Assembly (NCBI GenBank): GCA_016748015.1
Contig: JAAOMT010000710.1
Span: 62,001 to 126,000, forward strand
Source of the DNA: Geosiphon pyriformis uo1
Lineage: Eukaryota; Fungi; Glomeromycota
DNA length: 64,000 bases
Direction of reading: 5' to 3'
The notes beneath the pieces were generated by a model that made no database searches, was not told where the DNA came from, and saw nothing but the letters and a program-made list of their open reading frames with translations. Position 1 is the first letter of the stretch; every line of letters starts with the position of its first letter. The position numbers and the translations under genes were made by a program. Below are positions 36,726-50,164 of this stretch, piece by piece.

Positions 36726-39700
36726 GTGGCGACAAAAACCCCTAATCTTACTGTTCTTGAATTCTGCCGTGCTATTTACACACAAAATCAAAGTGATCTT
36801 GGATTACCAGAAGGGTGTTGTCCAGCAGAATCTGCCCTCACTTATTATATCAACGCCAGAATAAATTATCATATAGGAAAGGAAGAAGAACCACACGACG
36901 CAAAACTTGGATTGTATAGAGAATTATCACAATACACTACAAAAGAAGTAGCAGTAATAGCCGCAACTATTGTCAAAATCCATCGAGAAATTGAGCAATA
37001 CGCCAACGAAAATTTTCCAATATCCACAGGAAACACTAGAGAACGCGCCAACAAAACCAAAGAAAATTTAGAAACTAATCAGGAAAGTAACCAGCAAAAA
37101 CTAGAAACACCAGCTCAAATGCCAAAGAAAACTGTCACTTAATCAATAAAGAAACAACGTATTTATTCACCAGAAGATAAATCATACCATTTTTTACCAG
37201 AAAATAAGATACAAATTCCATTAGGAGCTGCATCATCATCAACATCAACTCCACAAATGCCAAGAACTCCTAGTTATATTGATAAAATTAAACAACGTAA
37301 CTGGGGAGACATACCAATTACAGGAGGATATTCATCACTATTCCAAAACCCTCTTTTTCAGCCAAAATTTAGAACGGGGTTTGAAAACCGTGAAGAGGAG
37401 TCTGAATCAGAATCCGAAAAAGAGACCAGCGAAAAAACAATCACAAGACNNNNNNNNNNNNNNNNNNNNAAACTCGTGATCAAGAGGAAGAACCGGATAT
37501 AAGGGAAGCCACCTTTAGGAACGCTCAAGGAAATATTATCCCACCTCCTCTTAGACCAATAAACCCACCAGCAGAAAACGGCAACAAAATGACCACACCA
37601 TACATTGCAAGACTAACAGATTTCTCAGGAGAGGAAGAAGAAACGGACGTGCACACATGGCTCAGAGAAGCACAAAAAGCCATTCAGGCAAATAACTGGA
37701 ATGACCAAAGAGCAATTCAAACATTACTTTTCTTCCTCAAAGGCACAGCCGACTCGTGGTATCAAAGCCTGGAAACAAAACCCACAAGCTTCACCGAATT
37801 TAAAAATGCACTCCTGGAGTATTTTAGCGACCCAAACGCCATAATCCAACTACAGAACGAATTCAATACTATCAAGCAAAATACTGGTGAAACTGTCACC
37901 CAATATCTTGCTCAATTCAATCGAATTCGCCGTCAGATTGAAGCGATTGAACAAGGATACTACACTGATCCTCAGGTTTTAAATCAGTTTATTAGAGGAT
38001 TAAAAAGCAGCATTTTAGGAAGAGTACGCCCTGCCCACCCTAATTCCTTACCAGAAGCCATTACGCTCACCAGAGCCCTTGAATTGGCTGAGAAAGAAGC
38101 TAACCATAGTCAAATGGTTAACATGGTAATGGAGGAAAATAAGACAGAAACATTAGAGAAAAGAGTAACGCGATTAGGGGAGGAACTCTCTAAGAAAATA
38201 GAAAGTTACCTCATCCCGGATCCGAGAAAAAATACATACCAACCACCCCAAAGACGCAGCCAGGAAGTCAGCGACAGTCGAAATAATCGCTCGTCGCGCC
38301 AGGAATTCAGAACAGAAACACGCGCCTGCCATTTTTGCAAACACGTAGGACATTTGATTAGTCAATGTCAAACGCAAATGATACAGGAAGCACGCGAAAA
38401 TAATTATTATGCGCCACCCCAAATGCTCAGAAACCAGTACATGCCAATACCATGCCAATATCCCACCACGTATCAAAATCAAGGAGCTTACCAGCAACAG
38501 CCCATAATAGCCAACCCGAATTGGCGTCCCGAGGCCCGAAATCAGCCCATGTGGAACCAGAATGCATTGGTCCAGAGGAATCCAAACTGTGCCGGAACCA
38601 ATCAGCAAACCAATCCAAACTACCAAAATTATCAACAAACTTACTTTAATATACCGGAAAACCTGATCATCGGAAACAATGATGGTAGAAACATAAACAA
38701 AACCAAAAATTCCTCCAAATTGAGCCAGACAATACCACCAGCAGTTGCCACCGAAGATAGCAGCCTCGCAGCTATTTTTCCTTTTGAATTAGAGGAAAAC
38801 GAGGCTATGTTCAGTGGAGCAGCATTGGACAAAAAACGCCCAATCACTGCTATGTATACGGAAGCCACTGTAAACAATACTCCAATCAAACTTATCTTAG
38901 ACAGCGGATCCGCTGGAAGCATCGTAATGCTTCAACTAGTAAACCAACTAGGTTTCAAAGTTGATCGTGCCATGATGTCCCAAATCATAACAGCCGATGG
39001 AAGTACAAAGCTGCCTTATGGCAAAATCGACTCATTCCCTTTTGAAATTAACGGCATAGTAATACCTACAAAAGTATTAGTAATGGACGCTACACAATAT
39101 CAAGCATTAGTAGGGAATGACTGGCTAACAAAAGCCAACGCCACCCTAGACTGGACCACCCAAGAGCTTCTGATCAATTATAATGGCCACCAGGCCAAAA
39201 TTCCAGCCACTTGTGGCCACTTCCAAAAACCCAGCGCCAACCAAAGACCTACCTTCAAATTTGAGGAAAATCCAGCACTACCAGCCATCGAAACCTATTA
39301 GCTCTCTTGGGCTGATGACCAAAGAACAGGACTACCAGCCGTACCAATATGGACCAGCGAAGAAAGATCCAAATGGAACCAGGTAAGTTCACGAAGAAAC
39401 TACCAGCGACACAGACCAAAGCTAGAATGCTCGGTTTGCAAGAAGAAACTCTTGTCTATGACTGCGTGCAGCGCACCGGACGAAGACCCAAGAAACCCCA
39501 CCCACTACTATTGTAACTGTTGTAACAAAGAAAAATACGGTTACCCAGAAAGACACGGAAAATGGGACGAGAAACCGTGTCTCGCTTGTGGAGAACCATT
39601 ACCAAGAGGGTGCAACTGGAATGACTTACCAAGCAGAGGAGGAACGTGTGACGCAACTTGTCAATACATGATCCTCATCTGTGACTGGGTAAGAGGAGGA

Positions 39701-42324
39701 ATGCTGTTCGAAGCAGCGTTCAACAGAGCGTTAAAAAGACTACAGCACTACTCACACAACGAGGACGAGTTGTACAATACCGCACAAGCCAAAGTAAGAG
39801 GAGGAACCGCCAAAGAAATACGACGTTGGAAAGAGTCAGCCGAAGTAGCCGACGAAGTCGTCAGCTACAACATGTTTGACCCAGTGGACAAATTCCAGGA
39901 CTACTACCAACAACTATGCCCACTCGACAAGAGCAAGAACAATACCTTGCCCAAATCAACACTTACCTCTGCGAAAACTGTCTCATCCTGTGCCAAAGTC
40001 AGTGCTGTGAAGAGTGTTAAGACGAAAGGGACTTAGAAAGAAAAATGGAAATTGAGAATCAGCAGTCTCAAAATCAATCAATAAATCAACAAGACTTACC
40101 TGATGGTCCCGAGTCAGAAAAATTTGTAGCCTATACCGACCTAGAACAGGTGACCAACATCCAATACTTCGACAATAGGCACTTAGGAATAATACCCGAA
40201 AGAGCCTATCCAACCGACGCCGAATTCGATTTACGTTATCCGAAAGACCAATCCACAACATTACCACCCAGGAGCATCACCAAAATCGACCTAAAAATAG
40301 CAGTTGAAATTCCGCCAGGAATAATGGTTCAAATGGCATCGCGATCAAGCCTCGCGAAAAAAGGAATAAGCATTCAAGAAGGAGTAATTGACTCCGAATA
40401 CACTGGAAATTTGATGGTTTTGCTACAGAACAATTCAGAAAAGCCTTATACCATTGAATCTAAGGAAAAGATTGCACAAGCAATTTTCCTACCATTGGTA
40501 AAAATTGGGAAATTCGTGCCAGTAGAAAATTGTGAGGAATTGTCACAAACAACGAGAGGAACTTTTGGTTTCAGATCGACAGGAAAAGAAATTGAAGCGA
40601 ATTTCGCTGATACAATAGAGGAAAAAGACGAAGTAATTAAAAATGAGCAGTCTATTACACTCCTACCATATGGAAAATCAGAAATAAGAATAAAAAGAAC
40701 AATTAAAAAAAAAAACCTAATATTTGAGCCCTACCCAGAAACTTGCCAACAGTTTTTTATAGGACTTACTAACCTTTTTATTTCAGCTGATAAAGCTCAA
40801 TGGATAAAAATTCCTATCGCAAACACCACAGAAGAACCCGTTTACATTCCGGAAGATACTATCATTGGATACCTCAGAACGGAACTAGAAAACGCGTCAA
40901 CACCACAAGAAATTCTAAATTTCCCAGAAATTGCCCTCTACTGTGAACTCACTTCAATAAATTGGCAACAACCGGTAGAATGCTATCAATTTACACCAGA
41001 AGAATTGGCCAAATTAAACATTGGAACAATGGATCCCGACCAACAGCGACAATTAAAAGCATTAATTTTAAAATACTCTGATATATTTTCAAGAAATGGC
41101 GAATTTGGAAGAACCAACTTGGTTTAACACCAAATCCCCACTGGAGATGCCAGACCTGAAAAACAATGCACTTACCGTGTCCCACTAATAGAGCATAATT
41201 TTATCAGAGAAGAAGTCCAAAGCATGTTGGAAAAAGGAATAATACAACCATCAATGAGCTCATGGTCCTCACCAGTTGTTTTAGTAAAGAAAAAGAACGG
41301 AAAAATTAGATTTTGTGTTGACTATCGCAAATTAAACAGCAAAACAACCAAAGACTCATACCCAATACCATTAATTGACGAAATCTTTGACGTTTTTGGA
41401 GGAGCAAAATGGTTTTCTACACTAGACTTGACCAGTGAGTACTGGCAAGTGGAAATGGACCCAAAGGACAGGCATAAAACAGCATTCACAACACAAAATG
41501 GCAATTATGAGTTCAATGTAATGCCATTTGGATTAACAAACGCTCCCGCGACATTCCAAAGACTAATGGACGTAATTTACTCCGGAATCCTGTGGCAATC
41601 CGTTGTAGTCTACTTGGATGATACAAATGTTTTCTCATCAAAATTCACAGATCATTTCCAACATTTACAACAAGTTTTTGAGAGATTGAGACATGCTGGA
41701 CTTAAACTAAATCTAGAAAAATGTTTCTTTGGGAAAAATGAGCTAGCATTTTTAGGACACGTAGTTGGAAAAGATGGAATAAAACCANNNNNNNNNNNNN
41801 NNNNNNNAAACATCGCCAAACCCCTTAATTACCTACTATCTAAAAATGTGAAGTTTGAATGGACTGAAGCACAACAAAAAGCTTTTGAGTACCTTAGACA
41901 AAAGCTCATTGAATCACCAATAATGATCTATCCGAATTTCAACAAGAAATTCATTTTGGCCACAGATGCCTCTGGAACTGGACTTGGAGCCATTCTGTCA
42001 CAAAAAGATGATAATGGAAGAGAACGTGTAATCGCTTATGCCAGCAGAAGTCTCAGTACGGCAGAACAAAACTACACAGCACATGAACTTGAATGCTTAG
42101 CAGTAGTCTGGAGTTGTGTTCACTTTGACACATATTTACGGTACCAACCCTTTGAGATTACGACAGATTATAGAGGTCTGGTCTGGTTAAATAACAAGAA
42201 AGCGCTAAAAGGAAAATACACCAGATGGTCACAAATATTAGTACCATACAATTATATTATCAAATACAAAGAAGGTACCAAAAATGCTAATGCCGACTGT
42301 TTGTCAAGAATGAGACACACATAA
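36726..42324 (+). pseudogene. Element C gag-pol (gag, CCHC, protease, Cys-rich domain, dUTPase, RT, RNase H), nearly intact
   Basis: Long ORFs 37589-39301 (gag and protease in one frame), 40045-41127 (dUTPase), 41224-42324 (YLDD, ATDAS, NADCLSR). Confidence 0.95.
40185..40580 (+). pseudogene. dUTPase domain in element C pol
   Basis: DAEFDL, ASRSSLA, GVIDSEYTG, KIAQ, RGTFGFRST. Confidence 0.93.
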
Positions 42325-42353
42325 AAATCACCAACCCACCCGCCACAACAACA

Positions 42354-42730
42354 ATGAACAACCACCTTTACAAAAACCTCAGCCAATACTTGGAAACACT
42401 ACAAATAGACGAAAAAATGCCAGTAAAAGAGCTAATTAAGCTCCAAAAATTAGCAAAACAACTATCCAACTATTAGAACCTTTCATTGGAAAAACCAACA
42501 CTACATTCTATTCAAAAACAGTTTACAGAATTTTCAAAGCATTTGAAAACTGTCACAAATTATTGTTGGACCCAACCATGAACATAATAACAACCAACAG
42601 TATTGGACGACTTACCAACTTGCAATTTCAAGAATTACAACAACAAATTAATAACACAGTATTGAACCACTATAGTAACTTAGAATTTAATGAAGAAATT
42701 AACTTCGATTTCGACGGAGCTCAATCTTGA
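42354..42730 (+). pseudogene. Element C: integrase N-terminal stub joined to ORF3 C-terminus
   Basis: MNNHLYKNLSQYLETL...KLAKQ, then in another frame FIGKTN...YRIFKAF...DFDGAQS*. Confidence 0.85.
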
Positions 42731-42743
42731 AAGGAGGGAATAA

Positions 42744-43609
42744 TGTTATAGTTTAAGAATTTAGAAAAAAGAATCATAAAAATAATACAAACTATTCAAT
42801 TATAATATAGCACAGTAATAATCTTAGAAAGGTAATGATTAACATAGTAGCAAACACCATCTTGCAATAGTGGCAAGCACCAGTTCACAATAGCAGCCAA
42901 CACCAACTGGTGATAGCAGCAAACACCAGGTTGAAATATCAAAAAGAAAGTATTTTCTTGTAGAACTACAAACATGTATATATACAGTAGTTTTAATATT
43001 GGGAAATAATCAATCAAGTAATAAAAATCATAACTTATCAAGCAATAGATCCAATTTTATCCAACAAACTCCACTTTAAATCATACTTTCAAATTAAATA
43101 TCCCAAGAAACCTTTAAAATCAAAAAGAAATGAAAAAGAATATTTAGAACTGAACTATCACAACCCAAAGTATTAAGAAACTTACTTGTATTATTTATTG
43201 AATGAAACTATCATTCATCAACTGAATCCCTTGGAAGAATAATCCTTGATCAAGATTATTCACATTGTTACTAATTGATAAAAGCTTTATTGTGAGAATT
43301 AGAAAAGCACTAAAGACTATTAACATTCTGTGTTTCTAAATTAGAGAAACACATCAGGCAATTGCAAGGATTGCCTCAGAGAAGACCCCAGACAGTGGGT
43401 AGATTTCAGTTCAGCCTCTGAGAAGGAGTACATAAACACACACAACAATCAAGAATTAAAGAATAACTTACATCACAACAGTAAAAAGAAAGTCTTTAGT
43501 GTAACAGTGACATTATCACACAAATAGAACTGAGGAACTCACGAAAGACTGATTGCAATTAAAGCGGGATATCAGCAATTAAATATAACAAGAAAACCAT
43601 CCCGTAACA
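42744..43609 (+). repeat. Element C 3' LTR (866 bp)
   Basis: TGTTA...GTAACA direct repeat. Confidence 0.95.
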
Positions 43610-43613
43610 ACAC

Positions 43614-43858
43614 TTGGAATTGAAAATATCTTACTAAAAGGATTACTGGTCATCACACTGAGAAAAAAATTGACGAAACTGCAGTTTTGGAAAGCTATGG
43701 ATAAAACTATCAATTAAATATCTGTCTATTATACAAAGAACTCCACAACAACACCTTCAGATCAACCAAACCTTCAGATATCAACACCAGAATATCAATC
43801 AAACACCAAGTTATGGGTTTGTTATTTGATTTGAGACCCCAAGTAAACACTTGTAATA
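43614..43858 (+). repeat. Element D 5' LTR, second part
   Basis: Matches 62690-62932; followed by PBS. Confidence 0.9.
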
Positions 43859-43920
43859 TTTAGTGCTCCCTGTAAGATATAATCTTACAAAGAACCAGCA
43901 CCAATAACAATCATTCAAAA

Positions 43921-46900
43921 GTGGCAGAACCAGAAAACATAGGAACAAACCATTTAGGATTTGCCAAATTTTTGTTCCAACAGTATAGCCAACAACTAAG
44001 ATTAAACAACAACCATTATTCAGCAGAATCTACTTTCAATTTTTACGTTAATGAAAAGATTACAGACTATCTAAGAAGAACAGTTAACATTGAATCAGCA
44101 AGAAAAAATTTCTATACAAAATTATTTCAACACACCAGCTTACCAAAAAATTACACCAATCATCAGAAAAATTAATCAAACTATTGAAAGATATACACAA
44201 CAACAATTCCCAATTACCTATGCAGACAAAGGAAAGAGAAAACTACAAATACCAACAGCGACACCAAAAAAAATTTAACCACCCACTTGGAAAAAAACCA
44301 GAGTTGAATCACCAACAAATCCATCATACCACTATACACTCAGAAACATTATCAACATCTCATTAACAGGTACATTTACATCAAATGCAATATCAACATT
44401 TGAATAACTCCTCTTCCAAAGTAAACAAAAGAAAGCAGAGTTATTAGGGACCTACAGCGATTATTTTGAAGAATTTAAATTGTGATCAACCACCTCATTA
44501 AGATACCAATCACTGCCATCTCCACCAGATTTTGGAACAGTTGACCTGTGAAAAATAATGGAATCAGAAAAGAAGAAAGAAAAAGAAGCCAAAAATCAGG
44601 AATTTATTTACCAGAACTCGATTTCAGAAAACCCAAACATTGAAACCCCAAACTTTCAGACTTAACAAGATCCAAATTTAGAAAATCTGGAAGTTGAAAC
44701 TCTGAATATTCAACTATCACAAAATCAGAATAATCCAAACCCCAAATTAATTAATCAACCAAATATACCTCCAATAATCATCATCAATCAGCCACTGATT
44801 AATCCAATAGCCAAGTCTTTACAACTAAATCAACAAATTCAACAATCTCTTCAACAATCACAACAGCTGCAACAACCACCCCAACAACAAAATATGAATC
44901 TAGTGGCCTATATTCTCATCACTAAACTTGAAAAATTCATTGGTGAAAAAGACGATGCCCAAGTATGAATCAATGACATTACCAAAGCCATTATTGTCAA
45001 TAACTGGGATGATGCCAAACCACTGCAAGCAATTCCTTATTTTCTTCAGGATGTTGCCAACTTGTGGTATCATAGTCTAGTTTAGAAACCCCAAACATTT
45101 GATGTATTTAAATTAAAATTTTTAAGATATTTCAGTAATAATAACAGTATTAATTGCCTAGCCAACACCTTTACCACCATTAAACAAGAAAAAACTGAAG
45201 CAGTTACCACTTACTTAAGACATTTTCACAAGAATTTGCACCAAATTCAAGCAATCCAAGCTGACTATTTTATAGCACTACAGATTCTAAACCAGTTCAT
45301 CTGTGAACTGTGTAGTAGTCTTCTCTAACGCATACACCCAATGCACTTACAAACTTTCCAGAACACAGTCACTAATGCAAGAAATTTTAAATTAGCAAAA
45401 CTTGAAGCAAACTATGTTCAAGCCATTAACCTAGTCATGAATAGATCATCTGACTTGGATTCCAAATTAAAACAACTCAGTGATTTACTTAATCAGAAAT
45501 TGGAAGGATACTTAGCTGACAATTGCACAATTTATCAGCCACCTCAATAATGTAATAATTCTAGAAGCATAAATTGCCCTCAAAATCAGTCATGTCTATC
45601 ATCATTATCCAATCAGCAGTGGCAACAAGAAATGCACATCTGCCACAATTGTGGTAAACAAGATTATTTGAAAATTAATTGTCATACTTATAATAATAAT
45701 TCATGATTAGGAAATCAATATTAAAACTCTGATCACTGGTTTCAAGTCCCAAATTATCAACCCAACTTAGCACCATATCAACCAAATTATCTACCTATGA
45801 CACAGCAGCCAATCTATTAACCACCAGTATATTAAACTCCAATTTATCAGCCACAGCCACAAGTAATATATTAATTGCAGTCACCAGTAATCTATCAACT
45901 CCAACAAATTCAAACACCACCACAAAACTTATCTCAAAATAGAACCCACAGGCCAAGAATAACACAACAAAACTGGAGATTGGCAATAGTAGTTTACCAA
46001 CCAATTATCAGTTCATCAGACCAACAATTAGGATCTCATTAACAGAATTCAGGCACCAGTCATGTCCAAAACCTAAGTTTCCAGAACTATTTAAGTCTCC
46101 TGATTACCCCAGAAGATGCCTCATCCAACAATCTGAAACCCAATCAGAAGCAGCCACTTATTAGCAATATCTCACCAGCAACTATCTCTAATAATAAATT
46201 CCTAGCAGCTATTTTTCCTTTTAAACTTGAGGAAACCACACCAGTCTCATTATTTAGTAGAGCCATTCTTGACACCAAACCAATCATTGCTATGTACACT
46301 AATGTGAAAGTTGATGGCCATGCCATCAAACTGATCCTAAACAGTAAATCAGCTGGTAGTATTATTACATAACAATTCATGGACCAATTAAGTTGCCAAA
46401 TTGATCATGCTGTCAGCACATGCATAATCACTGCTGATAAAGCAACTAAAACTCCAATTGGCGAGATTGATGACCTCCCTATAGAGATCAATGGCATCAT
46501 CATGTCAATCAAAGTATTAGTCATGGAGGCCACCCAATATCAAGCTCTAGTTAGAAACAATTGGCTGTCCAAAACCAATATAATACTTGACTGGATTACC
46601 TAAAAGTTGCAAATCAGCCAAAATGGCCAATACACACAAACACCAGCTATGTGTAGTTATTTTAAGACCACTAATCCACCAGCACTATTAATCAAACTTG
46701 AAAAAGAAGTAAGCAAACCTTTTTGGAAAGCCTATCAAGTCTCATGGGCTGATGAGAACCACAATGAGCTACTGCCAATACTTTCATGGGATGACCAAAA
46801 AAAAAAAAAAGTGCACAGAAAAACTTACCTAAAGGATTTACAACAACCAAAGTGAAATGTTACCAATGTGGATATGGGAAAAGAAAGAAAAAGGGAAAAA

Positions 46901-49900
46901 GGAAAGACCAGAACTAGCCACTACCCCAACATATACTCCATATACTTACTCTTAACCACCACAATCGCATTATTGTTAACCAAAGCTCATTTGCATTGAT
47001 TGTGACAAGAAATTGTCATCAATAGGCACATGCTGTGGCAACAATAAGAAATATCTAACAACAACTAAATTTTATTGCCACCTCTGCATCATTGAATGCT
47101 TTGGAAGACCAAAATGAGTTGGAAAATAAGATAATGAGTTGTGCTTAGCTTGTGGAGAAACTCTCCTTAACAAAAGAATGTGGAACAACATTCTTGGGAG
47201 AGGAAAAACATGCAACAAATTGTGTTAGTACATGATTCTCATCAGCAACTAAGTAAGAAAAGGAACACCCATAGATCCTGCCTGAAGACAAACAGTCAAA
47301 CACTTGGATGAATATCCTTATGATGATAACAAGATTTGGCAAATAGCCTTTGCCAAAATCAAAAGAGCATTACCAGAAGAAATAAGGACAATCAAAAATA
47401 ACCCTCCCAAGTCCATAGAACTTGACTGGGACCCAGAACCAGTCATAAATCTTTTGGATCCAGAACAATTTCATAAGCACTACCAAAAATTGGCACCCAT
47501 CAGAGAAGAGCAAGAGCAATGGTTAAAAGAAATAAACACAAGACTATGTGACCACTGTTTGATCCCATGTGACTTCCAATATTGTAATAAGTGTGATCTC
47601 ATTTATAATTCACCACGTGACTTCCAATATTGTAATAAGTGTGATCTCATTTATAATTCACCACCACACATGATGTACACAATCGCAAAAGAGGACAAAC
47701 CAATTAGCAGCTGTGCATCAGAATTGGAATCAATTTTCAATCCCAATTCAAACTCCAACAATAATGATAACAAAAACAATGGTTCCAGCTCCACTTAATA
47801 TAGCAATAGAAATAACAATGATTCAAACTCTAAAACATACATTGCACTCTCAGATCTCATCAAAGAGCAAGAACTGAAATGGTTTAGCAATAATAGTGAA
47901 GGTATTATGCCAGAACTTGTGTATAATACTAATGTAGGGTTTGATCTGAGATATCCTAGAAAAGATGCCATCAAATTGGAACCACATTCACACACATGCA
48001 TTGATCTCAAAATAGCATTGGAAATCCCAACAACAACAATGGTTCAATTAGTATCCAAAAGTAGCTTAGCAAAAAGAAGAATAAATATCAGAGAAGGAAT
48101 AATTAATGCAAGATATATAGAAAATATTATTGCAATGCTATAAAATGACTCAAAAAAAGTCTATACAATAGAGCCAAATAAAAAGATAGCTCAGACAATA
48201 TTTTTGCCTTTGGTTAAAATAGCTCAGCTAGTGTTAGTGAAAAACAGAGAAAAATTGGGAATAACGGCAATAGGAATACAAGGATTTGGATTAATGAGTA
48301 AAGTAGATATACCAGTTAATATGACAGAAAAAGAGATTATTAACAAAGAAGAAATTATCTCCACCTGTCAACCAATTTCCATTTCACCATATGACTAGTA
48401 TATAATAGTAATAAAAAGAAAAGTAAAGAACCAGAATCAGATTTTTGAAGCAAAAACAACACTTTGTGAATTAAGAAAAATTGAATTAGTTAATTTATAC
48501 ATACCAGCCAAGAACTATAGCCACATCAAAATTTCTATTTACAACAACACAGAAGATATCATCAAGATACCAGAAGGAACCACTATTGGATATTTAACCA
48601 CTGAAATTAAAGACCAACTGCCAAATACTATTCCAGACTTTCCATAACTATGCAGATATGTAGATATCACATCTTAAACAATATACAGATAAGAAGAATA
48701 TTATCTACTCCAACCAGAACAGTTGGAACAGATAAACATGAGAAACTTAGATCTACTTTAATGTATGCAGCTCAAGATGTTACTCAACAATTTCAATAAC
48801 ATTTTTGCCAGTAAAAACAAATTTGGTAGAACTGATATAATCTAGTACCAAATCAAAACTGAAGATATGATGCCAATTAAACAAAGAGCATACAAAGTAC
48901 CACCAGCCAGCCATGAAATCATTTGTCAAAAAATCAATCAAATGCTTGACAATGGGCTAATTCAGCTATCAATGAGCCTATAGTCATTACTAATGGTACT
49001 AATTCATAAAAAAAATAGAAAAATCCGATTTTGTGTGGATTATTGGAAACAAAATAGAGTAATCAAAGAAGATAGCTATCTAACTTCAAAGATCCAAGAA
49101 CTTTTTGATGCTTTTGGAGAAAAAAAATGGTTCTCAACATTAGACTTAGATAGTAGTTATTGGTAGGTAGCCATAAAACTGGAAGACAAGAAGAAAACAG
49201 CTTTTACCACACAAGAAAAAAATTTTGAATTTGAAGTTATGCCATTTGGCTTGATGAATGCTCCAGCCACATTTCAATGGCTCATGGAAATTGTCTATAC
49301 AGGACTACTATAGAAAGCAGTAGTCATATATCTGAATGACACCAATGTGTTCTCAAAAACATTTAATGATTATCTGCATTATCTCTAACAAGTATTTGAA
49401 AAACTCAGATGAGCAGGATTGAAATTAAATGCCAACAAATACTTCTTTGGTAAAACAGAACTCAAGTTTTTGGGACATGTTGTGAGCAAAGATGATATCA
49501 AAACAGATCCAGATAAGATTGAAATTGTCAAGAACTTTCCAGTACCAAATAATCTTACAGAATTAAGAGCATTCTTATGATTTGCAGGATACTACTGCTG
49601 CTTTATCAAAGACTTTTTCAAAATAGCTCAACCACTACACCAGTTCCAAACAAAGAACACCAAATATGAATGGACAGAAATCCAGTAAGAAGCTTTTGAT
49701 ATATTAAGAAGAAAGCTTATTCAAGCTCTAGTACTAATCTATTTAGATCATAGCAAGCCATTCATAATCACAACTGATGCATCTGGTCAAGCATTGGGAG
49801 CAATATTATCTCAGAAAAAACCAGACGGACAAGAATATTTAGTAGCTTATGCCAGTAGAAGCTTAAGTCCAGCTGAAAAAAACTATGGAACTCCAATACT

Positions 49901-50132
49901 AGAACACTTAATTATCTATTGGGCTGTCATCAAATGGAAAAAATACTTGAGTCAAAAGTTTGATGTGTACACTGATCATAAAGGATTGACTTCAATTCAG
50001 AAGCAAGAATTTGGAAACAATCACCATGCCAGATAGAAAATAGAACTTTTACTATTTAATTATAAAGTACATTACAAAAAAGGAAAAAAAAATAGAAATG
50101 CTAATGGATTGTTGCAAATAAGACAAATCTAA
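43921..50132 (+). pseudogene. Element D gag-pol, heavily decayed
   Basis: KLEKFIGEKD, CHNCGKQ, LILNS, Cys-rich block, VGFDL dUTPase (about 47900-48295), MPFGL, TTDAS, ends RQI*. Confidence 0.92.
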
Positions 50133-50164
50133 AAACATTTCAACTCAAAAATATAACAAAAAAG

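Larger units (their letters stand above)
35886..43609 (+). mobile_element. Ty3/gypsy LTR retrotransposon C (youngest; integrase deleted), inserted in D's 5' LTR
   Basis: LTRs 35886-36643 and 42744-43609 nearly identical; perfect TSD ACAC; PBS TTTGGTGAACCCTACGAGG; PPT GAAAGGAGGGAA. Confidence 0.95.

Noticed and set aside
36170-41807. Apparent deletions at N-runs 36170-36189, 37450-37469 and 41788-41807
   Set aside because: Fixed 20-N assembly gaps, not biology.
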